32,000 bases of DNA from Methanothermus fervidus DSM 2088 (lineage in GTDB: Archaea; Methanobacteriota; Methanobacteria; DSM-2088; Methanothermaceae): positions 390,001 to 422,000 of the forward strand of contig CP002278.1 in assembly GCA_000166095.1 (NCBI GenBank), read 5' to 3'. Shown piece after piece: positions 27,558 to 32,000 of the stretch. The position numbers were made by a program, and so were the translations under genes. How positions within the stretch are numbered: position 1 is the stretch's first letter; each line of letters starts with the position of its first letter. The notes under the pieces are model-generated. The model was not told the origin of the DNA. It saw nothing but the letters and a program-made list of their open reading frames with translations, and searched no databases.

Positions 27558-30500
27558 ATATCCTGCTGCTATTAATGCAATCAATATTATAACACCAATT
27601 ATTCCTGCAAATGGAATTCCTGGCTTTCCAATTCCCTTAGACACTGGTGTAATCTCATATGCTTTACCTGCTGCTCCAGCAGCTTGGGCTGCCCCCCTTG
27701 CACCAATTTCACCACCAACTCTACCTGAAGGACCTGAAATTCCTGGTGAAACTCCCCTTGTTGTTGCAGTTCCAATTCCTACTCTTCCTAATGCAGTTGG
27801 AGCTCCTAGTTGTGATGGTGCTCCTGGAATTGAAGGTTGTGGTGTAGTTGTTGGAATTCCAGGGATTGAAGGTTGTGGTGTTGTTGGAGCTCCTGGGATA
27901 GTTGAGGGAACTAAAACTTTTAAATATTCACTAGCCAAATTAAGTTGTTGAGATGTTAGCTGTACCATTCCACGAGAATAAGCTTGATAAATATATCTAC
28001 AAATCATTTCAGCTGCGGAAGCATCAAATTTTCTTAAAATATCTCTATTTAAGTAGATAGACACCAATCTATTCCACATATCTTTATTTATAACTTTAAC
28101 TAGCACATCTGTCGTAAATAAATCTCTAATTTGTAGTGCTACAGATGCATGTCCTGATGGTCCTTCATTTAGTTTTCCTTCGAGCCATTCTGGATTAAGC
28201 AAGGTTGTCACTATTGTATCATAATAAGATTCTTTTAAAGTGTTTACACGAGGAATTGCATAAGCAGTCTTTATAATATAACTTTCCATTTCCCTACCTG
28301 TTAAATATCTTACAGCGAAATTTATAAGTGCTGAAGCCCTGTAAAGACAAAGGCCTTCACCACTGCTCCTGTATGGCATTATTGCTATACTTGTTTCAAC
28401 AGTTCTCGTTAATAACTTAAGTAAGTTAGGACTGTGAATACCATCTAAGTCTGCTCCATATACATATGAATAATAATTAGTATACATTTCTGCTAATTCT
28501 TTTGGTGTCCAATCATCCTTTGACCAAAGAACACGATCTACTGAAACTCCATGTGGATCTGAACCAGGAGGCAATCCAAATAATCTTGATCTAGCTAATC
28601 TTTCTGATAATCTCTCTGATTCTTCTTTTGCCAATCCTGAGGAAATGAACTCATTTAAGAGATCTTGTTTTATTGATAAATAATGTTTTCGTAAAAAGTT
28701 GAGAGAAGTTGGTTCATTTAAGCTTACAATTCGTTTTATAGCATTATCTATTACTTTCAGAGCATTTGGAACAAGACTTCTGAAATTGTGTAAATCCAGT
28801 ATAAGAACATCGATTCTAGGCCTGCCAAACTCTTCTAACGGTACTATATCAGCTCCAACCAATTTTTCATTTTCATATATGGGTTTCAATCCTATTAATT
28901 CAAAGATAATAGCTAAACTAAGTCCTTGAGTTGGTATTAAATCTGAGATATCAATAGCAACTGTTTCTGGATATTTACCATATGTTTCTTTATATCGCTT
29001 TAAAAATTCATTTACACATTTTTTAGCGAGTACTATTGCAGCTTTATCTGGTACAGCGTCAGGATCAAATGAATACATATTACGTCCAGTAGGCAATGCA
29101 TTTAAGTTAGTTATTGGGTCTTTGGCTGGTACAGGATCAATAAATTCTCCATTTAAAGCTTTCAATACAGCGTTAATTTCATTTGAACAAGAGTCAATCA
29201 ATAATTTTTTTACTTCATCACGATTTCTATGTTCAGGATCATATTCAACTATTACATCTATGAATTTCTCTAAAGTTTTGTTGTCAGGCAACTCACCTAA
29301 TGTATGAAGTCCAAATGTTGTTAAAGTTTCTTGTAATTCTTTGAGATATTCATACAACTTATCTTTTAGTATAACAAAAGGTGTTTTTTCATTTGCCCCA
29401 ATTCTATCTTTTAATCCAGGTATTTCATTGATTTTATTCTGGATTAATTTTTCTAATACTTCCATTCTCTCAGTATTATTTAATGACTGAGCAGATTCCC
29501 ATGATTTTAAAAGTTCAGACAATTCTTTGAATTCTCCAAAAAGTTCAGTTTTTATTAAAGGTGGTGGGAGATATGACAAGGTGATACCATAAGCTCTCCT
29601 CTTTATAGGATTAATGACGGATTCCAAAGGATCATCCATTCTAAGCAGATGTATATATGGCAGATAACCTATCAAATTATTTGGCCAATCACTTTCTGTC
29701 ATGCCACAAGGTCTACCAGGCAACAATTCGAGAGTCCCATGTTGTCCTATACAAACCAATGCATCTGCATGAAACTTATTCCTAATGTAAAGGTAAAATG
29801 CTATGAATTGATGAGTTGGTGGTAATGTATTGTTATATAAATTCTGAAGTGATCCTTTCCATTTCCACACAGGATTAGGTCCTAAAAATATTTTACCTAG
29901 GATAAATCCAGGAATAACAATTTTATTTTTATATACCATTACATTGCCTGGTGGAGGTCCCCACACAGCCTCTACTTGATCTCTAAGTATTTTTGGAAGT
30001 GTATTATACCACTTTAAATATTCTTCTACATCAATTGTTATACAACCATTCTTTATTAATTCTTCAATATATTGAATATTTGTTACATTTTTTGGATTTC
30101 TTCCACATCTATTTATCATTTCCATAAGAAATGTAGGTGAAATTGAAACATTTCCTAAATCATATCCTGCTAGCTTCATGGAATTTAATAAATTAGCTAA
30201 GCTTTTATATAAGTTTAAACCATTAGTTACAGGCATTTTTTCATCATGTGTATTATCAAAATATACAATTGCTATTTTTTTATCTGAATTATTCTTTTTC
30301 CTGAGATTTATCCAAGCTGTAACCCTATCTACCAACTGTTTAATTCCAAATTCGTATGGCATATATTTCTTTTCGGGATACCCTGTATTTTCATCTATAT
30401 TTGTAATAATGTCTCCTCCAATGAGGATTGGCTCAATACGTCCTTGTACTTCAAAAATACAGAGCCAAAAGTATTCTAAACCTCTTAACCCCATTTTTTT

Positions 30501-31586
30501 GTTTTTTAAGTATTCATCAAGCGTTGTTTGTGAAAATACAGGTAACGGTCCCAAAACAGGTACATTAAGATCTTTATATAATTTTAAAGTTGCATTATCC
30601 GTCCAATATCCAAATTGAAGGCATGCAACAATTATATCCACTAATGGTTTTCCATCTTTCATGAAATATTTTCTTGATGAATTGATTGCATCATTTGTAT
30701 AAAAGTAAGGTATTACATTAAGGCCTCGAGATTCAAGCTCTCCTATTAGTTTTTTATACACTTCCATGTTGTTAGCTACATAATATCTACCTAATATGGG
30801 TACTCCAACCCACGGTTGTCCTTCTTTATATTTTCCAGAACTCTTATACCAAGTTATATATGACTGTAAATCTTGAAAAATAGTGCCGTAGGGAGCATCA
30901 GGATGATACAGAAAATCACTAGGTGGTGGTACAAATCTTGTTTCATTGAGAGTAATATTTATTACTCCCGCACGTCTTAATATTTCAAGTATGAGTCTTT
31001 TCATGTTTTCCTGACTTAACATTGGTGCTGCTATTCCAGCATAGGGTGGTGCTAACAGCTCAATTCCGATATCAGTTCTTGTAACATTTGGCTTCGTTGT
31101 CCCTAATACAAAAACTTTTGCACCAGATGGTAGTGAATTAATTATGTTCTGAAAATCTATAGGTGCATCAAGTTCTGTCCCATAGGTTAATCCAGTTACA
31201 GGATAACCAGGTCTTGTACATAAAAAGAATATATTAGCATCCTTAATATCCTCTTTAAATTTCATATAGACTGTAGAATTTAAGTTAATCAAATCCATAG
31301 TATATATTTTTAATGTGAAATTATAACCTTTAGGCTCTAACTCTTTTTTGTATGTTTCATACATAACTTTGTCAACAGTGCCTACAACACATCCAGTAAC
31401 CAATACAACCATTTTAGTGTTTTGAAGTTTAGATTGTGTAAGATTTTCCATTTTTATATCTGATGAATTTGTTGAAAGGTTGTTTGCAAATACAAAATTA
31501 CAACATCCAAATAATAACAAAATTAAAATTCCACAAAGGCAAACTTTCTTGTTTATACCCTTGCCTAGTTTCATAACTTTCACCAA
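27537..31586 (-). CDS. CobN/Mg-chelatase-H family protein with N-terminal signal peptide and C-terminal Pro/Thr linker plus membrane anchor
   Basis: 1349 aa. CobN blocks: CIGQHGTLELLPGRPCGMTESDWPN, NPIKRRAYGITLSYLPPP, ALNGEFIDPVPAKDPITNLNALPTGRNMYSFDP. N-terminus: MVKVMKLGKGINKKVCLCGILILLLFGCCNFVFANN. C-terminus: IPGAPTTPQPSIPGIPTTTPQPSIPGAPS..., a G/A-rich tract, then KPGIPFAGIIGVIILIALIAAGYLLRRPE. GGTGA lies 5 nt upstream of the ATG. Confidence 0.88.
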   Translation of the reverse strand: MVKVMKLGKGINKKVCLCGILILLLFGCCNFVFANNLSTNSSDIKMENLTQSKLQNTKMVVLVTGCVVGTVDKVMYETYKKELEPKGYNFTLKIYTMDLINLNSTVYMKFKEDIKDANIFFLCTRPGYPVTGLTYGTELDAPIDFQNIINSLPSGAKVFVLGTTKPNVTRTDIGIELLAPPYAGIAAPMLSQENMKRLILEILRRAGVINITLNETRFVPPPSDFLYHPDAPYGTIFQDLQSYITWYKSSGKYKEGQPWVGVPILGRYYVANNMEVYKKLIGELESRGLNVIPYFYTNDAINSSRKYFMKDGKPLVDIIVACLQFGYWTDNATLKLYKDLNVPVLGPLPVFSQTTLDEYLKNKKMGLRGLEYFWLCIFEVQGRIEPILIGGDIITNIDENTGYPEKKYMPYEFGIKQLVDRVTAWINLRKKNNSDKKIAIVYFDNTHDEKMPVTNGLNLYKSLANLLNSMKLAGYDLGNVSISPTFLMEMINRCGRNPKNVTNIQYIEELIKNGCITIDVEEYLKWYNTLPKILRDQVEAVWGPPPGNVMVYKNKIVIPGFILGKIFLGPNPVWKWKGSLQNLYNNTLPPTHQFIAFYLYIRNKFHADALVCIGQHGTLELLPGRPCGMTESDWPNNLIGYLPYIHLLRMDDPLESVINPIKRRAYGITLSYLPPPLIKTELFGEFKELSELLKSWESAQSLNNTERMEVLEKLIQNKINEIPGLKDRIGANEKTPFVILKDKLYEYLKELQETLTTFGLHTLGELPDNKTLEKFIDVIVEYDPEHRNRDEVKKLLIDSCSNEINAVLKALNGEFIDPVPAKDPITNLNALPTGRNMYSFDPDAVPDKAAIVLAKKCVNEFLKRYKETYGKYPETVAIDISDLIPTQGLSLAIIFELIGLKPIYENEKLVGADIVPLEEFGRPRIDVLILDLHNFRSLVPNALKVIDNAIKRIVSLNEPTSLNFLRKHYLSIKQDLLNEFISSGLAKEESERLSERLARSRLFGLPPGSDPHGVSVDRVLWSKDDWTPKELAEMYTNYYSYVYGADLDGIHSPNLLKLLTRTVETSIAIMPYRSSGEGLCLYRASALINFAVRYLTGREMESYIIKTAYAIPRVNTLKESYYDTIVTTLLNPEWLEGKLNEGPSGHASVALQIRDLFTTDVLVKVINKDMWNRLVSIYLNRDILRKFDASAAEMICRYIYQAYSRGMVQLTSQQLNLASEYLKVLVPSTIPGAPTTPQPSIPGIPTTTPQPSIPGAPSQLGAPTALGRVGIGTATTRGVSPGISGPSGRVGGEIGARGAAQAAGAAGKAYEITPVSKGIGKPGIPFAGIIGVIILIALIAAGYLLRRPE
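27823..27891. repeat. Tandem 33-36-nt coding repeat (Pro/Thr linker of the CobN-family gene)
   Basis: CCTGGAATTGAAGGTTGTGGTGTAGTTGTTGGAATT (27823-27858) is followed by CCAGGGATTGAAGGTTGTGGTGTTGTTGGAGCT (27859-27891), with a degenerate third start at 27892. On the minus strand these encode the IPGxPTT(T)PQPS units. Confidence 0.8.
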
Positions 31587-31677
31587 ATATGATAACTATT
31601 TGAAAAGTTATTATCCATTCTTGTCAAGGGAAAGTTTATAATTTTCCATTTAAAAGAAAAACATAAATTTTATAAAT
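31587..31677 (-). promoter_or_regulatory. Promoter/leader of the CobN-family gene with a short inverted repeat
   Basis: The minus strand carries TATA-like ATTTATAAAATTTAT and AAAATTATAAAC boxes. It also has the inverted repeat ATAACT-N8-AGTTAT (31592-31611) between the candidate TATA and the GGTGA SD. Confidence 0.3.
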
Positions 31678-31693
31678 AAAAAAAAAACAAAAA
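31678..31693 (-). terminator. Oligo-T tract immediately downstream of the tatD stop (archaeal intrinsic terminator candidate)
   Basis: The minus strand reads TAA-A-TTTTTGTTTTTTTTTT directly after the stop codon. Oligo-T runs are the known archaeal RNAP termination signal. Confidence 0.5.
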
Positions 31694-31694
31694 T

Positions 31695-32000
31695 TTAAAG
31701 TTTAAAGAATTTTTCTGCATTTTTATAAGAAACTTTTGCAATTTCTGAATCATTGAAATCTTTGAGTCGCATTTTATGTACAGTTTTTGGAACTGAAAGA
31801 GGATCTGAAGGTGCAGAACTCATGTCAGAGTTTAACATAAATTTGTCAACACCATATTCCTCTAAAATTGTTATAGCCTTGTCTATGGTTAATTTACCTG
31901 GTTGAATTGTGAGTCCAAGCATGCATTCTCTATCCACAACTTTGTCAACAACTTTATCATCAATATGGTCTATGACAGCTAAAGATTCATCTAAATTTTC
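31695..32000 (-). CDS. TatD-family metal-dependent hydrolase, C-terminal part (gene starts beyond the window end)
   Basis: The reverse frame is open from 32000 (ENLDESLAVIDHIDDKVVDKVVDRECMLGLTIQPGKLT...FMLNSDMSSAPSDPLSVPKT...NAEKFFKL*). The DH..D and SD..S/P patterns fit the TatD/amidohydrolase C-terminus. Confidence 0.7.
   Translation of the reverse strand, partial: ENLDESLAVIDHIDDKVVDKVVDRECMLGLTIQPGKLTIDKAITILEEYGVDKFMLNSDMSSAPSDPLSVPKTVHKMRLKDFNDSEIAKVSYKNAEKFFKL

Noticed and set aside
30178-30618. 146-aa ORF on the + strand
   Set aside because: It is antisense to the CobN-family gene. The same reasoning applies to the other short + ORFs inside that gene (27659-27847, 28699-28929, 29122-29307).
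1-32000. tRNA/rRNA/ncRNA genes, CRISPR arrays, IS elements, integrases, prophage or defence islands
   Set aside because: The intergenic spacers are at most about 137 nt and uniformly AT-rich, with no GC-rich structured-RNA signature. There are no direct-repeat/spacer arrays and no transposase-, integrase- or nuclease-type ORFs. The only GC-rich patch (27560-27900) is coding Gly/Ala/Pro sequence.

Overview
This is an AT-rich (about 30% GC by eye), very tightly packed euryarchaeal chromosome segment. It is almost certainly from a hydrogenotrophic methanogen of the Methanobacteria/Methanococci type. Supporting markers are a membrane-anchored archaeal LonB, the NrpR nitrogen repressor, an FprA-type F420H2 oxidase, archaeal ApgM, and GGTGAT-type Shine-Dalgarno sites. 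I count about 29 protein genes in alternating strand blocks. I see no rRNA, tRNA, CRISPR, transposase, integrase or recognisable defence genes, so this is core chromosome and not an obvious accessory island. Content, in order: moeA, an S2P protease and a nox-like gene; an ABC-2 transporter with two paralogous permeases; prs; lonB; cobQ; an XRE-cupin regulator with an AMP-forming acyl-CoA synthetase and a 2-oxoacid:ferredoxin oxidoreductase; nrpR; a small ORF, an ACT protein, hom, apgM, pyrG and an A24 peptidase; an oxidative-stress cluster (rubrerythrin, fprA, HTH-V4R regulator, GAF-type fRMsr); a U32-family Fe-S protein with a small Cys protein; tmk; a 1349-aa CobN-family protein; and tatD. 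Items worth a second look: (1) the CobN-family protein is built like an exported, C-terminally anchored surface protein; (2) two regulatory genes (ACT protein, HTH-V4R) are each split by one extra A in a poly-A run; (3) pyrG has no in-frame ATG/GTG/TTG before its conserved N-terminus, only a CTG in perfect SD context; (4) the oxidoreductase has a beta-gamma fusion, has no delta subunit, and sits with an acyl-CoA synthetase; (5) a Cys-rich U32 protein is translationally coupled to a 4-Cys partner; (6) every convergent gene junction overlaps or nearly abuts. All functional calls come from reading motifs by eye. No database search was run.
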